A stretch of DNA of 46,691 nt from a virus. Positions 31,835 through 41,738 of the stretch are shown piece by piece (within the stretch, counting starts at the first letter, position 1; each line of letters begins with the position of its first letter). Where the stretch lies: the IMG/VR virus record IMGVR_UViG_3300045988_173330. The stretch is one strand, 5' to 3'. A program made the translations under genes and the position numbers. A model generated the notes under the pieces. It did not search any database, had not been told where the DNA came from, and was given only the letters and a program-made list of their open reading frames with translations.

Positions 31835-34800
31835 TGATGAATATATGAAATACCACGAGATTCTGAAAGCCCTGATCGGCATTCCCTCCTTGTCCGCAAG
31901 ACTTGACAACCCTTTCCCTCTGGTCGGGGACAAAGTTACCATATCAAGTACAAGCGAATGGGTGAGGCAACACGAGTATCTGCTTGATGGTGGAGCCGGG
32001 CCTGAACGGTCTGTCCTGGATTGTGTACTGGGAAAATCCTCAGAGACTGTAGATATGTCTGCCGCAGGTGAGTTCATACAGAGCGTCAGTGTATCCAACG
32101 ATAGCGGCAACGCTTCTGTCAGGAAAATCGCATATCCGATGCTTCCCGCCACCGAGCCCTATTTTATGGTTACCGCCACTGAGATAGTGCGTGTCGGGGA
32201 AAGGGGCTATCTTTCGATATATGCCGAAAACGGTTATGCCACTTCCCGCAACAATACCATCGTTGCGCGTATATACAAGGAGAATGAACCGGAACCAGTG
32301 AAAACCGTCGGCTTTGACACGAGCCGTCCAGGACCGACTGTCTGGGCGGCATCCCCCTATACCTTCGATGCTGTGTCCGACCGTGGAATATACGATGTGG
32401 AGGTGGACGTGACAGATGTCCTGACCGGTGTGACTTTTACCAAACGTATCAACAAGCTCATAACCGTTACCCCCGCGCTTGCCCCCCGTGATGAAGCGGT
32501 TGAGTATCTCGTCCCCGACGCCAAGATTGTGGGTGGAGCCGAGAGCTGGATTATAGACGGTAAGGATTATCCGGCAGGCTGTACGGTTATCCTAAAATAT
32601 GACCCGCAGTTCGGTGAGAGATACCCCATGCGTCTGCGTCTTGACAATTTCAAGGGCACGCGGGAGAATCCGATCATTTTCACGATAGATACTGAGGAGC
32701 CGTTTGAATTCAACTGGTTCTATTGGTTCGGCATACTCTTCAATGACTGCGCCCATATCGTCTTTGACGGTAGGGGCTATCATAATCTAGATAAGGGGTT
32801 CAGAATGATTGCCATGCCGGAATTTGCGAATATCGCCATACAAGTCACCAACTATTCGAACGAGCTTGAATTCTTTGGTATCGAGATCGACAAGGCGGAT
32901 TTTGCCGGATTCATGATCAAGACAGACCCCACGGCCGATAACCCCCAGGGGTGGTGGCCTGCCTATAGGCTGGAAAATCTCAGGCTCCATCATAACCATA
33001 TTCATGACACGGTCGGAGAAGGGAGCTATCTGGGACACTACAGTCCTAATTATTATACCGGTACCAACAGCAACGGGGAGGAGGTCAGATACCGTGCGCA
33101 CCACTTGTACAACACCCGCATATACCGTAATATCTATGAGAATCAGGGTTATGACAACTTCCAGCTCAATAATGCCGAAGATGCCGAGATATGCTATAAT
33201 GAATTCATCAATGGCGGTAACCGTATGGAGAAGGACCAGACATCGGCTCTTGCCCTCGGTCTCAGTGGCAAAATATACAACAATGTCATACGCGGGCATT
33301 TCGGCCCTGCCATCCAGTGCCTGTGCATGGGTGATGTGGAGATTTTCAACAATATCATCGCTCCCGGCACGGAAGTCTCAAGCGCTTTCTATCTGGGGGG
33401 CTTCCAGGAACCCCCGCAGTCCGATTATGATACCGGGTTGACAATAGGGCATCTGATTAATATACATAACAACATCCTCTTCTCGTATGGCGTGCCATAT
33501 CTGTTCAGTCAGGCGAACAAATGCAAGAATGTCCGTATTCTGGACAACTTCTGTGTACATAAGGGAGCCTGGGGAGGTCAGGCGGCGGATATAATGTCCG
33601 GTTGGAAAGTAGAGGGGAACATGGAACTGGAATACCCGCGTTACCCTTTCGATTTCCAGGCTATTGACGAGCGGTACAAGATTGCCGATTCCATCAATCT
33701 GGACTATCGCATTGCCGCCTCCTCGCCTCTGGTTGAAGGAGGATGCGGCGACAGTTTCCGTTTTGATTTCAACGGCTATAAAAATTGGTACGACAAGGTG
33801 TTCCCTATAGGCCCTTTCCTTGGGAAATATAGGAGTCCGGACATCGTGGATGCCCTTTTCGGACTGTCATCCATTGTGATAGACGGAGGTGCCGCCAGTA
33901 CCTTGAGCAATAAGGTCAGCGTGCGGATGAATTGCAAGGGTGAGGTGACACATTACCGTATAAGTGAGAAAAGGGACTTTTCCGACACGGTGTGGTCGGA
34001 GTGGAGCGGTGATACCGTAGAATTCACATTCCTTTCCACAGGACCGAAGACATTGTACTGCCAGATAAAGTCGTCTACGGAAGAGAGCGCTGTTAAATCC
34101 GCATCCATCATCTATCAGGAAAGCCCGTTGGTACTGTCCTCTGTCGTGATAGAGGACGGTGTTCCTGAAAAGAACGGAAAGACTGTGAGTGTTGAAATAT
34201 CATACAGCGGTTCTGTCATGCCCCGATACTACCGTGCAGGTGAAACGGAGGATTTGACCTCTGCCGGTTGGACTGCGTTTACGGAACGTTTCTCCTATAC
34301 GTTTGATACAACGGGCGCGAAGACCTTGTATGTACAACTGATGGACGGATTCGGGCAGATGACTGAAACCCGGTCCGCAAGCATCACCATCAATCCGCCG
34401 CGTAAGGCAGTGGTCAGTATAGGATGGGCCTATGATGATGTTGCCCCCGGATGTGTGTTTGACAGTGGGCTTGGCATCAATAGGATGAATTACTCGGCGA
34501 CAGCCCGGACCTTTGTATGGGATTCCGGGGAAGATGCCGGAACTGTCGTCAAAGGGGACTCCGTCAATTTCAATGAGGATATCAGGGTCGGTGGTGCAAC
34601 TACAGGTGACGATAGTGGCATGTATCCGGACAGTGTGTTGGAGAAATATGTCAGGTATAACGGTTTCCCGCAGAATACATACGGACACAGGACAGCCTCG
34701 ATACATCTCTCTCCAGGGACATACCGTCTGCGGCTGTTCTGTTCCCTGAACTCCACTTATAAGAACTCCACGGAATTCATGAAGGTACAGACCGTCGTGG

Positions 34801-34985
34801 ACGGTGTTGCCAATGTGTTTGAACTGCCGGACGGTTATGATGTCATAGGCAATCTCACCCGATGGCTTGAACAGGAAATCACCGTACCGGAATCGGGAAT
34901 GTTCGAATTGCAATGGGGGATGGAGAATGCGACAAAAGGATGGATGGAGGTTCCGCTGAATATTATAGAAATAGAAGAAACGTAA
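31827..34985 (+). CDS. Large tail fibre/spike: beta-helix (pectate-lyase-like) domain + duplicated C-terminal Ig-like modules
   Basis: 1052 aa. Rungs LRLHHNHIHDTVGEGSYLGH, TRIYRNIYENQGYDNFQLNN, KIYNNVIRGH, VEIFNNIIAPG, INIHNNILFSYG. Two ~90-aa modules both contain GxKTLYxQ (GPKTLYCQ / GAKTLYVQ). Confidence 0.75.
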   Translation: MNNDEYMKYHEILKALIGIPSLSARLDNPFPLVGDKVTISSTSEWVRQHEYLLDGGAGPERSVLDCVLGKSSETVDMSAAGEFIQSVSVSNDSGNASVRKIAYPMLPATEPYFMVTATEIVRVGERGYLSIYAENGYATSRNNTIVARIYKENEPEPVKTVGFDTSRPGPTVWAASPYTFDAVSDRGIYDVEVDVTDVLTGVTFTKRINKLITVTPALAPRDEAVEYLVPDAKIVGGAESWIIDGKDYPAGCTVILKYDPQFGERYPMRLRLDNFKGTRENPIIFTIDTEEPFEFNWFYWFGILFNDCAHIVFDGRGYHNLDKGFRMIAMPEFANIAIQVTNYSNELEFFGIEIDKADFAGFMIKTDPTADNPQGWWPAYRLENLRLHHNHIHDTVGEGSYLGHYSPNYYTGTNSNGEEVRYRAHHLYNTRIYRNIYENQGYDNFQLNNAEDAEICYNEFINGGNRMEKDQTSALALGLSGKIYNNVIRGHFGPAIQCLCMGDVEIFNNIIAPGTEVSSAFYLGGFQEPPQSDYDTGLTIGHLINIHNNILFSYGVPYLFSQANKCKNVRILDNFCVHKGAWGGQAADIMSGWKVEGNMELEYPRYPFDFQAIDERYKIADSINLDYRIAASSPLVEGGCGDSFRFDFNGYKNWYDKVFPIGPFLGKYRSPDIVDALFGLSSIVIDGGAASTLSNKVSVRMNCKGEVTHYRISEKRDFSDTVWSEWSGDTVEFTFLSTGPKTLYCQIKSSTEESAVKSASIIYQESPLVLSSVVIEDGVPEKNGKTVSVEISYSGSVMPRYYRAGETEDLTSAGWTAFTERFSYTFDTTGAKTLYVQLMDGFGQMTETRSASITINPPRKAVVSIGWAYDDVAPGCVFDSGLGINRMNYSATARTFVWDSGEDAGTVVKGDSVNFNEDIRVGGATTGDDSGMYPDSVLEKYVRYNGFPQNTYGHRTASIHLSPGTYRLRLFCSLNSTYKNSTEFMKVQTVVDGVANVFELPDGYDVIGNLTRWLEQEITVPESGMFELQWGMENATKGWMEVPLNIIEIEET

Positions 34986-35009
34986 GATAATGAAATATAT
35001 AAAAGTAGT

Positions 35010-35534
35010 ATGGCTAAAGCAGAAATCTTATTCAAGGTCATCCGCAAATGGGAAGGCGGATGGAGTGACCACAAAAATGACAAAGGTGGCAAAACCAATA
35101 TGGGGATAACCTTGTCTACGTGGAAATCATGTGGTTATGACAAGGATGGTGACGGAGATATTGATGCGGATGATTTACGCATGATTACTCCGGATGACGT
35201 TTTTCATGTTTTCAAGAAGTATTATTGGGACCGTTACCAAGCGGACTTCATACACAACCAGTCCATTGCGAACATCTGTGTGGATTGGGTGTGGGCCTCC
35301 GGACGTCCCGGTATCACAAGGGTACAACAACTACTGCAAATCAATGTAGACGGCATCGTAGGTCCTCAGACGGTTGCAAGTATCAATCTGGCCAACCAAC
35401 GGCAGCTGTTCGAAGCTATCAAGACAGACAGAATCCGGTTTATTGAAGAAATCTGTAAAAGGGACCCGTCGCAGCTTGTATTCCGGAAAGGATGGCTGAA
35501 CCGGGTCAATGATTTCAAGTTCTCTGTCCGCTGA
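35010..35534 (+). CDS. Endolysin: GH108-type muramidase + PG_binding_3-type domain, with an EF-hand-like insert
   Basis: 174 aa. KWEGGWSDHKNDKGGKTNMGIT is the GH108 signature. The C-terminal DGIVGPQTVASIN is the peptidoglycan-binding pattern. The insert is DKDGDGDIDADD. Confidence 0.85.
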   Translation: MAKAEILFKVIRKWEGGWSDHKNDKGGKTNMGITLSTWKSCGYDKDGDGDIDADDLRMITPDDVFHVFKKYYWDRYQADFIHNQSIANICVDWVWASGRPGITRVQQLLQINVDGIVGPQTVASINLANQRQLFEAIKTDRIRFIEEICKRDPSQLVFRKGWLNRVNDFKFSVR

Positions 35535-35561
35535 ATTCTTGTCCTTTTTTCCACTCTTTTC

Positions 35562-35598
35562 AGCCTTTAGTTTTGTGTCCGGAACTAAAGGCTTTTTT
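35562..35598 (+). terminator. Intrinsic terminator after the endolysin gene
   Basis: AGCCTTTAGTT / AACTAAAGGCT stem, 10-nt loop, then TTTTTT. Confidence 0.8.
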
Positions 35599-36141
35599 AT
35601 GGCAATAACTGAAGAAAAGAGTTTAATGACCTCCGAGAAATTCAATCGAGGAGTTGAGAACTGGACGTGGAAAGTCAGGAATACCTCCGTAAATATTCTA
35701 CAACGGACACACGCAACCGGCAGATTGCGTAGGGAACTGCAATCCCGTTGGCTGAAAGACCGTGAAGGTGGACCGGCTTATGTCGGTCTGGGTTTCCGCT
35801 TTGCCCGGTATGGTGCGTACCGGGAGTATGGCGCCGGGCGTGGATATATCGTCAAGAACGGAATTATAATGAAGGGACATTCGGCATGGAGCGATAAGAA
35901 GAAACGTCAGGAACTGCGTTCTTTACGTGTTTCTGAATATCGTATCCGGCGCATGCGTACCGTTGATGAACACTATGCCGTTATCCGGCGAAGTCCCCTA
36001 CCCTGGTTAGACCCTCCCATTGTGGATAACATCGAATCACTGGCAGATTTATCCGGAGAGTATTACGGTGACCAGGCACTCAAGAATGTGCTTCAGAAGT
36101 TTGATAAAATAACAATTGAAAAACGTTATGGCAAAAAGTGA
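35599..36141 (+). CDS. Hypothetical basic protein upstream of the tape measure gene
   Basis: Start at the ATG at 35599, directly after the terminator; the ORF-track start at 35509 crosses the hairpin. 180 aa. Confidence 0.55.
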   Translation: MAITEEKSLMTSEKFNRGVENWTWKVRNTSVNILQRTHATGRLRRELQSRWLKDREGGPAYVGLGFRFARYGAYREYGAGRGYIVKNGIIMKGHSAWSDKKKRQELRSLRVSEYRIRRMRTVDEHYAVIRRSPLPWLDPPIVDNIESLADLSGEYYGDQALKNVLQKFDKITIEKRYGKK

Positions 36142-39100
36142 CAAGACTGTCAAAAGAGGTGTCTACTTGTACATCGATGGCAAGGAAATTAAGAATGACA
36201 TCAATTCCATTGATTTGGAGATGAAACGCCTACAGCGTGACATTAAGGAAATGACACGCGGCTCTGAGGAATACAACCGCACCATGGCGAAGATACAGCA
36301 TCTTCAGGGGATTTTAAAACAGCATCGCCAGGAGATAAAAGGCATCACCACCGAAACCAAGAAAGCGACTGTCAGTATTGGCAGTATGGTAGACTGGTTC
36401 AACCGTTTCGGTGGAGTTATCTTGTCCGTAATAGGTTTCCTTACCGGTTTTACCCTTGCCTTGCGCGCCATCAGAGACGAACGCAACAAGTTGGAGGAGT
36501 CCCAGGCCGGGCTGAAAGCCTTGACCGGACTTGATGATGACAGCATTGCCTGGTTGACCGGGCAGGCCAAGACGCTTTCCACCACCATGACAAAAGAGGG
36601 CTTGCGTGTCCGCCAGTCGGCAGCCGAAATCCTGGATGCGTTCATGCTGGTCGGTTCGGCCAAGCCGGAACTGCTTGGTGACAAGGAAGCGCTCAAGGCT
36701 GTTACGGAGGAAGCCATGCGGTTGCAGGCGGCAGCCAAGGACATTACCCTGAACGAAGCGGTTGATTCACTTACCTTATCACTCAACCAATATGGGGCGG
36801 CAGCAGACCAGGCAGGACGGTTTACCAACGTATTGGCTGCCGGCTCCCAGGCAGGTTCCGCCAATATCGCAAGCCAGGCAAAGGCTATCCGGAATGCAGG
36901 TACCGCAGCGGCTTCGGCCAATGTTCCCATTGAACAGACGGTCGCATTGATTGAAACGCTTGCCTATCGGGGTATAAAGGATGAAGTGGCCGGAACGGGA
37001 TTGAAGAAATTCTTTCTGGTTCTTCAGACCGGAGCGGACGAGACCAACCCTAAAATCGTCGGGTTGGATAAGGCACTGGAGAATCTGAAGAACAAGAATA
37101 TGGATGCAGGCGCCATCAAGAAGATGTTCGGGGAGGAAGGCTACAATACCGCATCCGTAATCCTTCAGAACACGGAGATGGTGAAAGACTTCACCGCTGC
37201 CGTCACCGGTACCAATGTGGCGTATGAGCAGGCGGCCATAAACAGTGATACTGCACAGGCCAAACTGGAGCAGGCACGCAATAAGATGAAGCTGGCAGCC
37301 ATTGATTTGGGAGAGAAACTGAATCCGGCTCTGACGGTGAGTACGAATATGCTGACCAATGTGCTCAAGTATTTGCCGGGATTGATTGACTGGTGCAAAA
37401 AATGGGGTGGTACTGTATTGTGGCTTAGTACGATATTGCTTGTATATGCTACCCGGCTGAAGATAATTACAGCATGGTATTCTATTTGGAATTCACTTAC
37501 CAAAATTGCGACAGTTCTCAATTTGGCTTATGCCGCATCAATGAATACATTGTCTGGTTATACAGTGACATCATTTGGAAACTTGCGTAAATTATCAATG
37601 CTCATGCAAGGACATTCTGTTTTACTTAAATCACTACGTACCGCCACTTATTTATATGCCGCTGCCGTGCAGGTTTTACACGGGCGCGTTGATTTGGCTG
37701 CCAAATCGCTGAAAGCAGCTTGGACTATTATGTCCAGCAATCCGATTGGCTTACTGGTTACATTAGTTCTTGCAGCAGCTACCGCATCCTACAAACTGAC
37801 ACAACGCACCAAAGCTTATTACGACCTAAATAAAGTCAATGAGAAAATTACAGAAAAATCAAATGATGAATATGCGCGTCAATCATCACTGATTGAACAG
37901 TTGACCACCAAAATACACAATAATAATCTTTCCAATTTTGAACGTAAAAAGGCAATTGTACAATTGCAGGCTATTATTCCGGATTATAATGCAGAGATTG
38001 ATAAAGAGGGCAAAATCATCAATGAAAACACAGAGGCACTTGACCGATATAATGCCGTATTAGCAACCAATATCGAATTAAAAGAGGCTGCCGACGAACT
38101 GGATAAGCACCGGATCAACCTGATGCGCCTTCAAAAATCCCCGGCATTGAGTGACAATTCACCGATGGGGTCGATGGCTCGCGAGGATGTTCGCAACAAG
38201 ATTTCCCAAGAAGAAGAGATTGTTGAATCTTTAACTGCACGTTATAAGAAACTGGTACAAGAAAAATGGAAAGCATTGAATCCGAACACTCCTAAAAACA
38301 ATCCCACCGGAGGCAATGACGGTGGAAAATGTCCGATATGTGGAAACAAACCTTGTACCTGCGATAAAAACAACACTTCCAAAGACAAGTTCGCCCAAGC
38401 TGAAGCCGACTACTACCGACGTATCGCTGACATCAAACGGAAGTACCTCGCTGACGATAAGATGACCCAGGAAGAATACAACAAGCAGATGCGGGATGCA
38501 GAAATACAACTGCTCAACGATAAGCTGAAGGTCAAGGGGCTTGAGCCTTCAGAGATTCAACGTATCAATGACCAAATACTTGATGCGGAAATAAAGGCGC
38601 GTGATGAATTGCGCAGGCTTGATGAACAGTCTGCCAAGGATGAAGAGAAACGCCGTAAGGAGCAGGCAGAAGAGACGTTTTCCCGTTTGGACAAAGAGTA
38701 CCAAATGCAGGTGGAAGCTGCCGCCATGTATCATTATGAAAACAGGACTTCCGAGGAGGAGTATTTCAATGAGCTGCGCAGACTGCAAGATGTATATTAC
38801 CATAAGGTTCTCAATGACGCGGCAATCAGTGAGGAGAAGAAAAACCAGGTACGTGAACAGATGCGTAAACGTAATCTGAAGGATGCCCAAAAAGATGCTG
38901 AAGAAGAAAAACGGATTGAACGTGAGAAGTTTGACATACTGTCTGACCTGGCGAAAGGCTTCGGAGAGACCATGGCGCAATTCTTCACGGACTCCGAGGT
39001 GTCTCTCAAGGACTTCCTGAAGAATATTCTTACTATGTCGCTTGATGCGTTGGAACGTATGATGATTATGGCCGTTACCGAACGCACCATCAAGAATATA

Positions 39101-39628
39101 GGTTCACTCGGCTTCGTAGGTGTAGCTAAAGCTGCCGGAGAGATTGCTCTGATAACTGCCGCATTTGAGACAGCCAAAGGGCTTATCTCCAATTTCTACA
39201 CCGGCGGCTTTACTCCGTCCGGTGACTGGAATCAGCCGCAAGGTATTGTACATTCCAATGAATTTGTCGCCAACCGTTTTGCTGTGGCCAACCCGAATCT
39301 GCGACCGATATTCGACGCCATTGACGTGGCACAGCGTAGCGGTAATGTTGGTAATCTGACAGCTGAAGACATAGCGGCTGTAGCAGGTTCCGGAAAGAGT
39401 ACACGTACCGTACCAGCCAAGGCACCTGCTGCCAGCGCCACAACGACGACCAATGACCCGGCTATGGTGGCGATGCTGATAGAATGTACCCGCGTATTGC
39501 GGAAGCTTAAAAACAGGCTGGATGCCCCTTTGGTAGCGGAAACTTATGTTACCGGCAAACGGGGTATCAACCAGGCACAAAAAGAATATCAGAAGTTGAA
39601 CAACAATAAATCACGCAACAAGCAATGA
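36128..39628 (+). CDS. Tail tape measure protein
   Basis: About 1166 aa from the ATG at 36128 (the track starts at a TTG at 36116). A TP901-type core-like segment AGSQAGSANIASQAKAIRNAGTAAASANVPIEQTVALIETLAYRGIKDEVAGTGLKKFF, a central cluster of hydrophobic helices, and long coiled coils. Confidence 0.9.
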   Translation: MAKSDKTVKRGVYLYIDGKEIKNDINSIDLEMKRLQRDIKEMTRGSEEYNRTMAKIQHLQGILKQHRQEIKGITTETKKATVSIGSMVDWFNRFGGVILSVIGFLTGFTLALRAIRDERNKLEESQAGLKALTGLDDDSIAWLTGQAKTLSTTMTKEGLRVRQSAAEILDAFMLVGSAKPELLGDKEALKAVTEEAMRLQAAAKDITLNEAVDSLTLSLNQYGAAADQAGRFTNVLAAGSQAGSANIASQAKAIRNAGTAAASANVPIEQTVALIETLAYRGIKDEVAGTGLKKFFLVLQTGADETNPKIVGLDKALENLKNKNMDAGAIKKMFGEEGYNTASVILQNTEMVKDFTAAVTGTNVAYEQAAINSDTAQAKLEQARNKMKLAAIDLGEKLNPALTVSTNMLTNVLKYLPGLIDWCKKWGGTVLWLSTILLVYATRLKIITAWYSIWNSLTKIATVLNLAYAASMNTLSGYTVTSFGNLRKLSMLMQGHSVLLKSLRTATYLYAAAVQVLHGRVDLAAKSLKAAWTIMSSNPIGLLVTLVLAAATASYKLTQRTKAYYDLNKVNEKITEKSNDEYARQSSLIEQLTTKIHNNNLSNFERKKAIVQLQAIIPDYNAEIDKEGKIINENTEALDRYNAVLATNIELKEAADELDKHRINLMRLQKSPALSDNSPMGSMAREDVRNKISQEEEIVESLTARYKKLVQEKWKALNPNTPKNNPTGGNDGGKCPICGNKPCTCDKNNTSKDKFAQAEADYYRRIADIKRKYLADDKMTQEEYNKQMRDAEIQLLNDKLKVKGLEPSEIQRINDQILDAEIKARDELRRLDEQSAKDEEKRRKEQAEETFSRLDKEYQMQVEAAAMYHYENRTSEEEYFNELRRLQDVYYHKVLNDAAISEEKKNQVREQMRKRNLKDAQKDAEEEKRIEREKFDILSDLAKGFGETMAQFFTDSEVSLKDFLKNILTMSLDALERMMIMAVTERTIKNIGSLGFVGVAKAAGEIALITAAFETAKGLISNFYTGGFTPSGDWNQPQGIVHSNEFVANRFAVANPNLRPIFDAIDVAQRSGNVGNLTAEDIAAVAGSGKSTRTVPAKAPAASATTTTNDPAMVAMLIECTRVLRKLKNRLDAPLVAETYVTGKRGINQAQKEYQKLNNNKSRNKQ

Positions 39629-41400
39629 CAGAATTATACATTGACGGGCAATTGGCCGCCCTTCCTGAAGGGTTCAACATTACGTTCACCTCCGAGAATC
39701 CGTATTTCACCCGCAGTTCCAATTACTCCTTGGACATAGAACTCCCCATGCCTGCCAATCATGCCATATTCAAGCACGTGAACAGACTGGATGTGACGAA
39801 AAAAAAGACTATCCTTCCGGCCACACTCATCGTTGACGCCAGATGCCTGCTTTACGGCAGTGCGGTTTTACTCTCAGTAGAAGATGCACTGGTTAAGGTA
39901 CAGCTCGTATCGGGTAATGCGGAATTTAATCTGCTGACGAATGATGATCTGTATATTGACGAACTTGATTTAGGTACAATCAGTTGGCCGAACAACAATC
40001 AGAACCGTTTCCAGCCACCTGCCAATATGGTGAACTACTACGGTTCGGTGGACGACATTGAAGCTGTATGGTTGCCGGTGTTCTATCAGGAAGCCAAATG
40101 GGAGAATCTTCAGAACGATGCAATCTATGAGTTCGGCACGAACAATTTTACCCTTTGCCCCTATTATGGCCGTCGATGTGTACAACCATACCTTTTGACA
40201 GTCATCAAGAGAATAGTGGAGTATTTTGGCTATACGTTCGATACCTCCTTCTTTGATAACAATTTCTTGCGGAACGTTTATGTATGCAGCGCGGTAAGCA
40301 GCAACCGGGTGGCCGCCGCATTGCCGCACTGGACTGTTTCCGAATTCTTTGATGAACTGGAGAAATTCCTTTGTGCGGTTACGGTGGTCAACGAACGCAC
40401 CAAAGTGGTGAGTCTCGTAGGGCTTAACGATTATTTTACAGAATCCGGAAAGGAGATAATTCCTGCATCTTCCCTGCTACGGGAGTTCACTGTGGATATT
40501 GAAGATGAAAAGAATGAGAAAGACTTGAGCACTGGCAATGTGGGCTACAATCTGCCTTCCCATACGGATGACGGCTATCTGCGAATTGAAAGGGACATCA
40601 TAGAGGCTGCATACAAACAAGAATATGATTCTTACGATGCAATGCTGGCCGCATACAATGGAATGGGTGACAGTGACAAGAAAAGTACAATCTTTATTGT
40701 TGGCAAACGGTATTATATCAACTACAATGAAAATGATAAGAATACGCTGCGTGAAGTCAATTTGTATGCGGATTTAATCCGTGACCCGGAATCGTCCGAT
40801 GTAGAGACCTCACTCGGAATCGTCCCGGCTAAAATTATTCAGTTCAATGTCGGCGTGTATGGCTCTGTAGCTGATTACGATTTGTCCCGTCCGTACACCT
40901 CCATGGTATTGAACATACCCGCGGTGGGCTACCAGGCTACTGTTGCCAAGCAGGAGCGCTTCAATGTCCAGGAAGCCATAAACGGTGACGTGGAGCTGAA
41001 GGAGAAGCAGGAAAAAAACGGGCACATGGAAGTGGCTGTCAATACCGGCAAGTTCAACCGGCAGAACGTAACTTACAGCGGTCAGACACATGCCTATGAT
41101 TATGCCTATCCTTTTACGGACTACCAGCAGAAGACCGAAGCACAGCTCACGGACTTCCTTCCGTATTCCCTAAGCTTGAACGATGTTTGTCCGGACAGTG
41201 TCGGACATCGGTTGTCGACACTCAGTCTGTTTCACTCCAATATCCCTTACACAATCCAGTTCCAAGCCAATAAGCTGCCAGATGTGAATAAGGTGTTTCT
41301 TATAGGCAACAAGCAGTATTTGTGCGAGAAGATTGAGACGGAAATAGATGTTGATGGATTAAGCAAGGTACTGAAGGGGACTTTTTACCGGATAGAATAA
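39625..41400 (+). CDS. Distal tail / baseplate-type protein (by position after the tape measure)
   Basis: 591 aa; ATGA overlap with the tape measure stop. Confidence 0.55.
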   Translation: MTELYIDGQLAALPEGFNITFTSENPYFTRSSNYSLDIELPMPANHAIFKHVNRLDVTKKKTILPATLIVDARCLLYGSAVLLSVEDALVKVQLVSGNAEFNLLTNDDLYIDELDLGTISWPNNNQNRFQPPANMVNYYGSVDDIEAVWLPVFYQEAKWENLQNDAIYEFGTNNFTLCPYYGRRCVQPYLLTVIKRIVEYFGYTFDTSFFDNNFLRNVYVCSAVSSNRVAAALPHWTVSEFFDELEKFLCAVTVVNERTKVVSLVGLNDYFTESGKEIIPASSLLREFTVDIEDEKNEKDLSTGNVGYNLPSHTDDGYLRIERDIIEAAYKQEYDSYDAMLAAYNGMGDSDKKSTIFIVGKRYYINYNENDKNTLREVNLYADLIRDPESSDVETSLGIVPAKIIQFNVGVYGSVADYDLSRPYTSMVLNIPAVGYQATVAKQERFNVQEAINGDVELKEKQEKNGHMEVAVNTGKFNRQNVTYSGQTHAYDYAYPFTDYQQKTEAQLTDFLPYSLSLNDVCPDSVGHRLSTLSLFHSNIPYTIQFQANKLPDVNKVFLIGNKQYLCEKIETEIDVDGLSKVLKGTFYRIE

Positions 41401-41469
41401 TAATGTTAAAAAGACATCTGCCTCTCAAAAATAACTCCTTTTTCCCTTGCGTAATTACCAAAAGGTTAT

Positions 41470-41477
41470 TATATTTG
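41470..41477 (+). promoter_or_regulatory. -7 promoter box TATATTTG (TATATTTGCAG)
   Basis: Exact TAnnTTTG, 11 nt upstream of the ATG at 41488. Preceded by the inverted repeat TAATTACC aaaa GGTTATTA. Confidence 0.5.
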
Positions 41478-41487
41478 CAGTGTCATA

Positions 41488-41700
41488 ATGTATCGCGATC
41501 TTTTTATGACTGAAGAAGAAGAGCTAAAGGCTCGGATTGAAGCTGCGAAAAAAGACCTCAGCTTCTTTTCCCTCTATTGGGATGACATTCAGAATACTGA
41601 TTGGATTTCCGATGAGGAGCTTGAGGAAGGCATCAATGATTGTCTCGATGACTTGAATGATGCACAAGACAAGCTGAATGAAAACGGTAGCCCTCCTTGA
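41488..41700 (+). CDS. Hypothetical acidic small protein
   Basis: 70-aa ORF with its own -7 box and terminator. Confidence 0.5.
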   Translation: MYRDLFMTEEEELKARIEAAKKDLSFFSLYWDDIQNTDWISDEELEEGINDCLDDLNDAQDKLNENGSPP

Positions 41701-41714
41701 GGGGGCTACTTTTT
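41687..41714 (+). terminator. Intrinsic terminator overlapping the stop codon
   Basis: GTAGCCCTC / GGGGGCTAC stem (one G-U pair), 5-nt loop, then TTTTT. Confidence 0.7.
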
Positions 41715-41738
41715 CTCTAACATATAATTTTTAGGCTT

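Noticed and set aside
29693-34985. Diversity-generating retroelement targeting the fibre genes.
   Set aside because: There is no reverse transcriptase ORF anywhere in the window. The fibre repeats are in-frame tandem domain copies whose differences are not adenine-specific.
10670-41400. Alternative genetic code (stop-codon reassignment) in late genes, as in some gut Bacteroidota phages.
   Set aside because: All structural genes are intact long ORFs under the standard code with tight start/stop coupling.
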